56,366 nt of DNA from an uncultured Methanosarcinales archaeon (GTDB lineage Archaea; Nanobdellota; Nanobdellia; Woesearchaeales; UBA525). The position numbers were made by a program, and so were the translations under genes. Within the stretch, counting starts at the first letter, position 1, and the number at the start of each line of letters is the position of its first letter. Below the pieces are notes generated by a model. It was given only the letters and a program-made list of their open reading frames with translations, searched no databases and was not told the DNA's origin. The stretch is taken from contig CAZPUM010000004.1 of the NCBI GenBank assembly GCA_964589765.1, forward strand, positions 1 to 56,366, in the 5' to 3' direction. This document shows, piece after piece, positions 1-7,570 of this stretch.

Positions 1-160
1 TTCAATCTAAATCCTGTATATAAAATAAACCAAAATATAAAATATGTTATTATTAAAGATTGTGGTTCAAAAATGGAGTGGAATAAACCATGTAGTAAGC
101 GGAGTTAGGGTTCAATTAGGCCTTGAAGCTCTACAATCACAATATCACACTCGTCACAGT

Positions 161-379
161 TCATACAAACCACTCTCCGTCTTTTTCAGCGTTGTTGAAA
201 CCTTTTACGCAAACCATATCTGGCTCGATTGCTTCTACAACAACATTGTCATAACGCCCGTAGAGAACTCGCTGATATTGTTCTGCCAAATCCAAACCTT
301 CCTCGCAGTTTATGAAAAATGTTTTCTGCTCACTCATTCGAACACCTCCGTTCGTTGTAAATTTTTTCTGCTCACTCAT
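161..379 (-). CDS. small hypothetical protein, 'MSEQ'-start paralog (alternative in-frame start at 337)
   Basis: ORF track. GGAGGTG SD precedes both in-frame ATGs (379 and 337), created by a 42-bp tandem duplication. Ends 'EWFV*' with an ATGA overlap onto a truncated zinc-ribbon micro-ORF. Confidence 0.45.
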   Translation of the reverse strand: MSEQKKFTTNGGVRMSEQKTFFINCEEGLDLAEQYQRVLYGRYDNVVVEAIEPDMVCVKGFNNAEKDGEWFV

Positions 380-407
380 TCGAACACCTCCGTTAGTTCG
401 TTGTAAA
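322..407. repeat. tandem duplication (period 42 bp) of SD + ATG + first codons 'MSEQK'
   Basis: 'ttttctgctcactcattcgaacacctccgtt(agtt)cgttgtaaa' occurs at 322-361 and 364-407. Confidence 0.85.
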
Positions 408-424
408 AACAGGAAAAAGAGAAC

Positions 425-538
425 TCACTGCTCGTCTATTAGCCGTTTGCTATCACAACCATAACAGAGAACTCTACCGTCGATTGTCTCGACATACTCG
501 TCGGCTTCAATCACAATATCACACTCGTCACAGTTCAT
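425..538 (-). CDS. 37-aa zinc-ribbon micro-protein (MNCDECDIVIEADEYVETIDGRVLCYGCDSKRLIDEQ)
   Basis: Hand translation, below the ORF-track cutoff. CxxC...CxxC pattern. The ATG overlaps the TGA of 535..729 (ATGA). A 33-nt identical copy of its 5' end sits at 134-166 but is truncated there. Confidence 0.5.
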   Translation of the reverse strand: MNCDECDIVIEADEYVETIDGRVLCYGCDSKRLIDEQ

Positions 539-729
539 ACCGACCACTCCTTGTGCGATTTGTTGTCGCAATCTTTGTTGAGTTTTCCACAAAAGCACAA
601 CGGCTCATTCTCGTATGTATTCTGTCGTTGCTCACTCATAAGCACCTCCTCGACTATTTTTCTGTCGTTGTCAGTTAAGTGTTGCGTGTTAATCAGGACG
701 CCTCCGTAGTTCAAATGATGTAATCCCAT
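535..729 (-). CDS. small hypothetical protein (paralogous C-terminus 'EWSV*')
   Basis: ORF track 535..747. The ATG at 729 has a GAGGAGG SD (734-742). An internal 'MSEQ' with its own GAGGAGGTG site is present. Confidence 0.5.
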   Translation of the reverse strand: MGLHHLNYGGVLINTQHLTDNDRKIVEEVLMSEQRQNTYENEPLCFCGKLNKDCDNKSHKEWSV

Positions 730-788
730 TTTATTCCTCCTCGACAAACCTCATGCGCCTTCACGGGTAAAAACAGGAAAAAAAGAAT

Positions 789-914
789 TCAGTCACCTGA
801 TAGTTCCGACAAGCCCGTAATTTTCTCGAACTTTTTAGTCGGAGTTCTCGTCAGATGAACTGTAAAAAATACTCCATTTACGGAGAACGCACTCAGGTCG
901 CTCGGATTAGTCAT
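789..914 (-). CDS. 41-aa hypothetical micro-protein
   Basis: Hand translation (MTNPSDLSAFSVNGVFFTVHL...). The ATG overlaps the stop of 907..987. Confidence 0.3.
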   Translation of the reverse strand: MTNPSDLSAFSVNGVFFTVHLTRTPTKKFEKITGLSELSGD

Positions 915-987
915 AAGACTCCTCCACGAACTGCTCGTTGAAGTTCTCGTCGAGAACCATATTTAGACCGATATATGCGTCTGCCAT
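907..987 (-). CDS. 26-aa acidic micro-protein (MADAYIGLNMVLDENFNEQFVEESYD)
   Basis: Hand translation. GGAGG SD at 996-1000. Confidence 0.3.
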   Translation of the reverse strand: MADAYIGLNMVLDENFNEQFVEESYD

Positions 988-1034
988 ATTCAGTGCCTCC
1001 TGTTTGGCAGTCAAATGCCACCAAACAACTGAAA

Positions 1035-1074
1035 ACCCGTAGGTAGAATCGAACTACCTTACGCCTTCACGGGT
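1035..1074 (-). ncRNA. tRNA-like minihelix (7-bp acceptor-like stem + canonical T-arm, no D or anticodon arms)
   Basis: Minus strand reads ACCCGTG-AAGGCGTAA-GGTAG-TTCGATT-CTACC-TACGGGT. The T-loop is TTCGATT, with G before and C after it as in tRNAs. Confidence 0.3.
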
Positions 1075-1108
1075 AACAACAAGAAAGAAAAAAAGGAAGG
1101 AAGCCGTC

Positions 1109-1528
1109 TTACGCACGAACGACACGCCCTCGGGAATTGACCTCGAACAACTTGTTCTTGACGAGTTTCCCTCGGTTGCTCACGCAAAATACTGACGGAG
1201 TTTTGCTCTCGTATTTCTCGCCCACGAACCTGAGCAAGACGAGTTTTCCCTTAGTTCCGACGAACTCATACTCGTAGCCGTAGTTCGCACATACACGATT
1301 TTTCTCGGCAACAAGTTTCTTGACCTTCACCTCGAAACTCGTCGCTTTGCGTGTGCTCTTGAGTGCGCTCTTGCGTTGCTTCTTATCGACGAATTCGACC
1401 TTCAAGTCAGGGCACAAGTATTCCTCGTCGCTACCCTCATCTTTCGGCTCGACGACTTTCTCGTCGATGCCCCTCATAGCCAAGACGACTGCCTCGACCA
1501 TATTTCTCAATTCGTCCTCGTTTGCCAT
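1109..1528 (-). CDS. hypothetical protein (139 aa) of the G+C-rich island
   Basis: ORF track. G/C-ending codon usage unlike the rest of the window. No motif recognised. Confidence 0.7.
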   Translation of the reverse strand: MANEDELRNMVEAVVLAMRGIDEKVVEPKDEGSDEEYLCPDLKVEFVDKKQRKSALKSTRKATSFEVKVKKLVAEKNRVCANYGYEYEFVGTKGKLVLLRFVGEKYESKTPSVFCVSNRGKLVKNKLFEVNSRGRVVRA

Positions 1529-1872
1529 ATAGACACCTCTCGACGATAAGTCTAACGCCTATCGTCAGGTCTTTCCGACGACACTCGTGATATAGTGTCG
1601 AGAACACTGTGCGTCGTGCGTGGGCATAAGTATGCCCTGCTCGTCGCATAAAAAGAAAAAGATGATGCGATATTTAAACTTTTTTAAAATCGGTTCTCGA
1701 CGACAAACCCGATTTCAACCCCTCGAAAATGTCAAGATATTGGTAAGGATAAGAAGCCTCGTTTTTGCCCAAAATGCCCCTTCATATTGGGTATTTACCT
1801 GTTTAGAGGATAAGTAACGTTTATCTTTATGTTTTTCCTTATCCTTTCAGTCATCTTAATGATTATGTATTT

Positions 1873-2397
1873 TCACGTTTTTTTCCTTATGTTGATGCTT
1901 TTGTTCATCAAAATTGAATGTTCACTACGTTTTAACTTGCCAATTTCAAATTCTTCATCTGTTGAAGGACGAACTCCTGGAATAATGCGGTCGAACTTAA
2001 TGTCACCTTTATGTTTCCCCATTACTCTTAAAGTCTTGTGGTCGTGATAACGACTTATATGTTTATACATCGGATCCACGTACTTGGCATAATCAATAAT
2101 CAACTTAGTTCGTGTGAAAGGCATATGGTCGTAATAGAAAATAGCATGATAACCATTGAGAGTTTTGTAAATATGTGCGTCTGAAAGCTTGAAAAACATT
2201 TGAATTTCCCTGACTGACTCTCTTACTTTATCTAAATCGTCAATATCGTAGTCCAACATCAAGATATGAACATCATTTTCCAAATCTACGTAACTGTTCA
2301 TGCCTATGGCATAATTTCTAAGACTCTCTACAACCATTAACTTCTCTCTATATTTCAAGAAATTCTTAAAGGTTTTGAGATTTTTGACTATTCCCAT
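1873..2397 (-). CDS. possible minimal archaeo-eukaryotic primase (AEP / prim-pol)-like protein
   Basis: ORF track 1873..2418. 'ILMLDYDID' (DxD), 'NGYHAIFYY' (GxH) and 'VDP...TLRVMGKHKG' occur in the order and spacing of AEP motifs I-III. Start moved to ATG 2397, 25-34 nt downstream of the TATA. Confidence 0.45.
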   Translation of the reverse strand: MGIVKNLKTFKNFLKYREKLMVVESLRNYAIGMNSYVDLENDVHILMLDYDIDDLDKVRESVREIQMFFKLSDAHIYKTLNGYHAIFYYDHMPFTRTKLIIDYAKYVDPMYKHISRYHDHKTLRVMGKHKGDIKFDRIIPGVRPSTDEEFEIGKLKRSEHSILMNKSINIRKKT

Positions 2398-2420
2398 TTG
2401 GGAGGCACCTTTCCCCACCT

Positions 2421-2430
2421 ATTATAAATT
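2421..2430 (-). promoter_or_regulatory. TATA-box-like element (minus AATTTATAAT)
   Basis: Lies 25-34 nt upstream of ATG 2397. Confidence 0.4.
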
Positions 2431-2536
2431 TGCTGATGTTTTTTACAATACTTTTGACCAAACGTCAAAGGCACATTACAGAATTTTCCTTGATCTGTTT
2501 TAGCTTTACACCGCCCAACATAAGGCTTTAAATCCC

Positions 2537-3037
2537 TCACAAATTATACCTCCTCTTAATGTTTGCAATGTTTCTTTCAGCCTTAGCTTCTTCAGTTCCT
2601 ATTTCGAATGAAGCCCTGGCAATGGCTGTTCGCCAAACATCACGTCCATCGTAAAGTTGTTCTGGCTGTGCAGGATCGGGCATAGCTCTAACAGCTTCAA
2701 GAGGATCCACATAAACAGAAGTTATATTGAACTGTCCAAATCTTGAAGCAAAGTCATCCATTATCCTACCACGAACTTGCTCCATTGCTTGAACTTGCGT
2801 TGTAGACCCGTACCTTACAAACATCTGATAACGTTGCCTAACTTCTAAGGATTTGCCACCTCTACCAATATACTCTCCAGCAACATAGCAATCTATACTC
2901 GTGCTTATAGTATTTTTATCCAAAGGACTAGAAACATCTATAGAATCAAGTCTAGAATTTATCTGCGGTTCAGCAGTTCTCCTTGATGAAGATCCTCTAA
3001 AACCCGTTGTTACTGCTATTTCTTTGATTGTTGGCAT
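2537..3037 (-). CDS. hypothetical protein (166 aa)
   Basis: ORF track. GAGGGGAA SD-like site upstream. No motif recognised. Confidence 0.7.
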   Translation of the reverse strand: MPTIKEIAVTTGFRGSSSRRTAEPQINSRLDSIDVSSPLDKNTISTSIDCYVAGEYIGRGGKSLEVRQRYQMFVRYGSTTQVQAMEQVRGRIMDDFASRFGQFNITSVYVDPLEAVRAMPDPAQPEQLYDGRDVWRTAIARASFEIGTEEAKAERNIANIKRRYNL

Positions 3038-3039
3038 TA

Positions 3040-3281
3040 CATTCCCCTCGCTTGCCTAAGCGACCCGTAAAAGAAGGATGTGGGCAGGTTTGTGGGATCA
3101 ACGACAATCCCGACACAATATGTAAGGGATTACATGAGGGCGTGTCTTTACAGGTGGGCCTACCCACAGTGTTAATTACATTAACCTTTATTTAAAATTG
3201 TTGGTGCGGAGATAGAAACGAGGTGACGCCCCGCACCTAAGACATCAGATAACGTTAACACGGCGACCATCATTTAAATAC
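3040..3281 (-). promoter_or_regulatory. long G+C-rich structured 5' leader or independent small RNA upstream of 2537..3037
   Basis: TATA-like 'GTATTTAAAT' (plus 3272-3281) and a second at 3185-3199. Hairpins include GGTGCGG/CCGCACC, GTGGG-tagg-CCCAC, ATGTAA-tccc-TTACAT and CGCTT-aggc-AAGCG. Confidence 0.3.
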
Positions 3282-3401
3282 TTTATGAAAAGGTAATACT
3301 TAGTATGAAACTATTTACTTTTTAGTCTTTTAGCTTCGACAACTCTTCCACCACGACGCTTCGTGCCACCGCAAAAAGCCAACCTAACTTTCTTACCGGT
3401 T

Positions 3402-4106
3402 TTAGTCGTCTTTACGCGATACTTTGGTTTTCCTTCTCCTCTTTTGCAACTTACTGGCATCCTTCTTCACCTTTTTATTTTTATCAACTTGTGACTTAGC
3501 ATATTTTGCCCCCACATATACCACTGTTGCCCCCACTACTAAAGGAATCCAACTAACTGCTGCAGCTCCGGCTGTTCCTGCAGCATCTGTTGCAATTAAC
3601 GGCAAGTCAGCACCTGTGTATGTCGGAGTATACATATATTGTTTTTTACTTTTTATCTGCGGATGATACTTATTGCCTTGCCAAGGTTTTTTCTTTTCAG
3701 GATCGTGACCCCAAATTTTTAGTGCCGTGTGTTTTCTAGTAGGTTGTCCTTTTTCATCATACAACGGCCCTCTTACCCCTTTCATTCTAGCAACAAAACT
3801 ATTCTGTCTACGCATCCAATCTTCATCATAGTCAGTCCATTCACTAGGAGGCTTTTCACGCATTCTCAAGATTGCATTTGCTGAATTCTGTCCCGACCTG
3901 ATACCTTCAGTCTTAGCTTCTCTCCTAGTTAGACCTGCCTCCTTACCTAATTTTGTACTCTTAAAAGTTTTAAGTTCAGCAGGAGACATGTTAACTCTGT
4001 GCCGCCAAATCTTATAATCAGGATCTGTGGTTTTTATTCCTTTAGAGGCCAAGTAATGTCTATGTGATTCTCCATACCAGCCTCCGTATCTTTTACTTCT
4101 GTTCAT
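3402..4106 (-). CDS. GW-RH-tag family protein with 'KIWGHDP' module and C-terminal coat-like hydrophobic segment
   Basis: N-terminus 'GGWYGESHRHYLASKGIKT'. The middle resembles (from memory) DUF3140-type 'NWGHDP' proteins. C-terminal 'DAAGTAGAAAVSWIPLVVG...' resembles the 56-aa proteins at 43901-44300. Confidence 0.7.
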   Translation of the reverse strand: MNRSKRYGGWYGESHRHYLASKGIKTTDPDYKIWRHRVNMSPAELKTFKSTKLGKEAGLTRREAKTEGIRSGQNSANAILRMREKPPSEWTDYDEDWMRRQNSFVARMKGVRGPLYDEKGQPTRKHTALKIWGHDPEKKKPWQGNKYHPQIKSKKQYMYTPTYTGADLPLIATDAAGTAGAAAVSWIPLVVGATVVYVGAKYAKSQVDKNKKVKKDASKLQKRRRKTKVSRKDD

Positions 4107-4338
4107 GTTCTTTAGGAAAACAATCTTGAAGCTTTGAATAATATTTGGAATCTTCTGCTAAATGATCTTCAGCAATCTTTCTAGCAATCTTAGGATCATC
4201 AGTATGCTCCATTTCAATTTTTATACCCTTTCTAAGTTCACTTTCTTTTTTGAAATAATTGTTTCGCGTTCTCACTCCTTTAGCTGCCAAACTGTGTCTG
4301 AAGCTATCATAGTACCATCCTTGTCCTTGTCTTTTCAT
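4093..4338 (-). CDS. GW-RH-tag family protein, short 'EHTDDP...AEDHLAED.KYY' module
   Basis: N-terminus 'GQGWYYDSFRHSLAAKGVRT'. ATGA overlap with the upstream gene. Confidence 0.75.
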   Translation of the reverse strand: MKRQGQGWYYDSFRHSLAAKGVRTRNNYFKKESELRKGIKIEMEHTDDPKIARKIAEDHLAEDSKYYSKLQDCFPKEHEQK

Positions 4339-5285
4339 TTTTGCACCTCATCCCAGTTTATTCCGAACTTATCTTTCAACTGCTGACCTATTTCTTGAAC
4401 TTCTTCTTGATCAACATTTTTGAAACTATCCTTAAATTCCAACAGAATTTCTCTCTGTTCATCAGGCTCAAGAGACTGGAAAACTTCATCAACAGATTTT
4501 AAAAAATTGTTAGTTCTCTCAGGAGAGAGTATGTTTTTTGAAACAACTTCATACGCCAACTTATTTTGTTCAGATTTATTCCCTGAACCTACGTCACCAA
4601 GAGTCCTAGCAACCCCTTTCAACCAACTAAATTTAATATTTCCAAAAGCAGTTATATCTGATTCTCCAAGAGCTTCTCTTAATCTTTGAGCCTCTTCTTC
4701 TTTTCCATCAATCTCTCTTTGAACTGCTTTCTTACTTCTGAGCTCAATTCTAATTTTACCATCATCTGATTCAAGTTCTTCTCCTTTACCTCGGGATTTT
4801 TCAGGAGCCATAGTTTCTTCAAATCTCAAACTTTCCAACTCAGATTCTATCTTTTCTAACTTCTTCTGACGACGCTCTCTAAGCAACCTGTCTGTTGATT
4901 CCACACCTTTAGACAAGTCTTCATAGATTAAAGAACCCCTTTCTTCTAATTTTTCTGCATCGAGAGTCGCATCAAATGCATTTTGCAAAAACATAGCTTT
5001 TATTTCTCCAGCTTTTAGAGATTTTCCTTTAATTCCTTCTGCACGAGCTACCGAACGCTCCGCAAACTTTCTCCTTTTATCAGCTTCAGTTTCAGCCAAC
5101 CTACCTGATGGAAGCTGTCCAATACTCAGAGCAGCACTCATTTGCAGAACCCTTTTGTTTCTTTCTAACTGATTTTCAGATAAAGGACGCCTCTTAGTAG
5201 CTTTTTTTAGATACTTATGATTAGTCTTTATACCTCTTGCTGCGAGGCTGTGTCTCCAATTATCATTGAACCAACCGCGTTTCAT
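4335..5285 (-). CDS. GW-RH-tag family protein, K/E-rich coiled-coil body
   Basis: N-terminus 'MKRGWFNDNWRHSLAARGIKT'. Confidence 0.8.
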   Translation of the reverse strand: MKRGWFNDNWRHSLAARGIKTNHKYLKKATKRRPLSENQLERNKRVLQMSAALSIGQLPSGRLAETEADKRRKFAERSVARAEGIKGKSLKAGEIKAMFLQNAFDATLDAEKLEERGSLIYEDLSKGVESTDRLLRERRQKKLEKIESELESLRFEETMAPEKSRGKGEELESDDGKIRIELRSKKAVQREIDGKEEEAQRLREALGESDITAFGNIKFSWLKGVARTLGDVGSGNKSEQNKLAYEVVSKNILSPERTNNFLKSVDEVFQSLEPDEQREILLEFKDSFKNVDQEEVQEIGQQLKDKFGINWDEVQK

Positions 5286-5404
5286 TTGCGTTTCTTCTTC
5301 AAATCCTTTTCTGCCCAGGTTAACCCGCTCAAAGTCAATCTAGCTCCGGCAGCAACCATTTTGGCACCAGGACTTAAATTTTTAGGTAGTTTATTTTTTG
5401 CCAT
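5282..5404 (-). CDS. 40-aa basic micro-protein (MAKNKLPKNLSPGAKMVAAGARLTLSGLTWAEKDLKKKRK)
   Basis: Hand translation. Fills the 5285-5407 gap. ATGA overlap with 4335..5285. Confidence 0.4.
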   Translation of the reverse strand: MAKNKLPKNLSPGAKMVAAGARLTLSGLTWAEKDLKKKRK

Positions 5405-5406
5405 GA

Positions 5407-6645
5407 TCAGTCATTTTCCTTTTTTATTTTCTCTGCAAAATCTTTAAATTTTTGAATTCCCCTTAATTGTCTGGGAGTTAACTCTTTACCCGAAGATTTT
5501 ATTTCTTCGATACGTTTTTTGATCATAATCAACTTTGCAGCCATTTCATCAGATTTATTAGCAGGTTTCGGTTCAGGTTCAGGTTCAGGTTCAAGGTCAA
5601 CAATTTCAACATTCGGTGCAGTAGGATTTTCTAATCCTAAAGCTTTCTGAACTTTGCTACTTATCTTATAATCTATAAGTTCTTCATCACTATTCCTCCT
5701 AGGAGTTACAGGAAGGATTCTCGACTTATTTGCTAATTTTTGTGCAAAACTCCTTATATCTTCTCCAGTAGGTAGCCCGCCATCCTTGATTCTTGCTTGA
5801 GAAAACATCGTCAAGATAGGAAGAGTACCATAGATAAACTTCTCCTGACCAGTCCAAGCACTACTCCCTTCACCTCGCTCCCCTGCAACATCGCCTGCCA
5901 AAGCACTAGATCTTGCTTCAGCACCCAACTCCCTACTCCAAATTTCCATTTTCTCTTCAAAAGGCCTTTTATCAAAAACTTTACCCCTATCTGCATTAAT
6001 TATTGAACGAGTTTTGGACTTTAAAGCCAACTCAGCATCAGCAGCAAAATTCAGTTTAGCCTGAGAAATAGTGCGACGACCTTTTCTAGTACCTTTCAAA
6101 ACTTCAAAATCTTTTCTCAAAAATTCTCTTTTTCTAAGTTCTGCAATCTGTTCTGGAGTAAAAGATCTTTTTGCTTTTTCCTCAACTATTTCATCCTTTA
6201 AATCTTCTGCAGCCATCCTTTTTCCTTCTGCAATAGAAGCATCCAAAACCCTGGTTTCACCTTTCATGAAACCTCCTTCTAATTTGAAATCAATAATTTC
6301 TTGAGTTCGGGCCCTCGCATCTTTTAAATCAGCCTTAGTTTCAGCAATTTGCCTATTTATCTCAACCCTCTCCGCATCAGTTAAGTTCGTTTCACCTAAC
6401 TGATTACTCAAAGATTTCAACTTTTGCTCAAGTCTATTTTTCATGAAAAATTCAAACTTGGCCTTTCCTTCTAACTCTGCAAGCCTGTTTAATTGTTTCT
6501 GCCTTTGTGCAAGAGCTTCTTCTTTCTCTTTTATCAGTTCTTCTGGAGATTTCTTTTCCTGTAAATATATTTGATTCTTAGTCCTAATTCCTTTTGCAGC
6601 AAGACTATGCCTAAAACTTTCGTAGAACCACCCTCTAGTTCTCAT
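5407..6645 (-). CDS. GW-RH-tag family protein, long coiled-coil body with EP repeat
   Basis: N-terminus 'TRGWFYESFRHSLAAKGIRT'. Confidence 0.8.
   Translation of the reverse strand: MRTRGWFYESFRHSLAAKGIRTKNQIYLQEKKSPEELIKEKEEALAQRQKQLNRLAELEGKAKFEFFMKNRLEQKLKSLSNQLGETNLTDAERVEINRQIAETKADLKDARARTQEIIDFKLEGGFMKGETRVLDASIAEGKRMAAEDLKDEIVEEKAKRSFTPEQIAELRKREFLRKDFEVLKGTRKGRRTISQAKLNFAADAELALKSKTRSIINADRGKVFDKRPFEEKMEIWSRELGAEARSSALAGDVAGERGEGSSAWTGQEKFIYGTLPILTMFSQARIKDGGLPTGEDIRSFAQKLANKSRILPVTPRRNSDEELIDYKISSKVQKALGLENPTAPNVEIVDLEPEPEPEPKPANKSDEMAAKLIMIKKRIEEIKSSGKELTPRQLRGIQKFKDFAEKIKKEND
5570..5593. repeat. (GGTTCA)4 in-frame hexanucleotide repeat encoding EPEPEPEP
   Basis: Read directly from the sequence. 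Confidence 0.9.
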
Positions 6646-7040
6646 TGCATATTCCTCCCTTCAATCATTCCAGAAACAGACATCTTGCCACTATGTCTAT
6701 CTATGTAATTACCACATTTATCCAAAGTATCTGCTTTGAAATCTTGGTAATTATAAGTAGGACTGCCTTCCATGAACAAAGCCTCATTTCTATCAAATTC
6801 TACCCAAAATCTATCTGCATCTCGCGAAGATATGGTGCCTTCTTTTACAGCATCCATCATCTTCATTTCACACTCACTACGAGCCTCAGCAGCAAGACTG
6901 GCATTCAAAGATGACTGACCTACAGAAGGTTTATCTTTCATAGACTCCCAAAACTTACTTTTCTGATAAGAACGAGTCTTAACACCTTTAGCTGCCAGAC
7001 TATGCCTGAAGCTATCGTAATGCCATCCTTTAGTTTTCAT
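6642..7040 (-). CDS. GW-RH-tag family protein
   Basis: N-terminus 'TKGWHYDSFRHSLAAKGVKT'. ATGA overlaps on both sides. Confidence 0.8.
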   Translation of the reverse strand: MKTKGWHYDSFRHSLAAKGVKTRSYQKSKFWESMKDKPSVGQSSLNASLAAEARSECEMKMMDAVKEGTISSRDADRFWVEFDRNEALFMEGSPTYNYQDFKADTLDKCGNYIDRHSGKMSVSGMIEGRNMQ

Positions 7041-7570
7041 TGACCTCGCTCTTTTTTAGCAACTAACTCTCTCGTTGAATCCTCATACTCGCGGAAAATC
7101 TTTTCCAGTTCTTTCTTATTTTTTTCTGTCGGTTCTTTATCGTATTTGCGAACCGCATCATAGTATTTTTGAACTATTGACTGATTATCTTTGCTTTTAC
7201 TCTTCATGAACTTGCTTTCACCCTTGTTCCAGACAACACCACGATCTTCAAGGAAATCATCTAAGAAGTCTTCTAACTCTTCAATTTCCACATCAAGCGC
7301 ATCAATTTTGTTCTGAAGAGCTTTCTTCTTAGAACCCTTAGCATCTTTGGCTTCAACCAAAAGTTCACGACGCTCTTGTTTAAGCTCACTTTTCTTCTTG
7401 AATGTTTTATCAAAATTCTTTACATCTTCGGAAGAACTCTTATTTGCAAGAGCAGTATATGCACCTTTATAACTAGTTCCAGCCATCATATACTTACTTT
7501 TAGTGTAACTCTTCACACCTCTAGCTGCCAGACTGTGTCTGAAGCTATCGTTATACCATCCTCTACGCAT
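7037..7570 (-). CDS. GW-RH-tag family protein, K/E-rich body
   Basis: ORF track 7037..7594. Start moved to ATG 7570, giving 'MRRGWYNDSFRHSLAARGVKS' like its paralogs. Confidence 0.75.
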   Translation of the reverse strand: MRRGWYNDSFRHSLAARGVKSYTKSKYMMAGTSYKGAYTALANKSSSEDVKNFDKTFKKKSELKQERRELLVEAKDAKGSKKKALQNKIDALDVEIEELEDFLDDFLEDRGVVWNKGESKFMKSKSKDNQSIVQKYYDAVRKYDKEPTEKNKKELEKIFREYEDSTRELVAKKERGQ

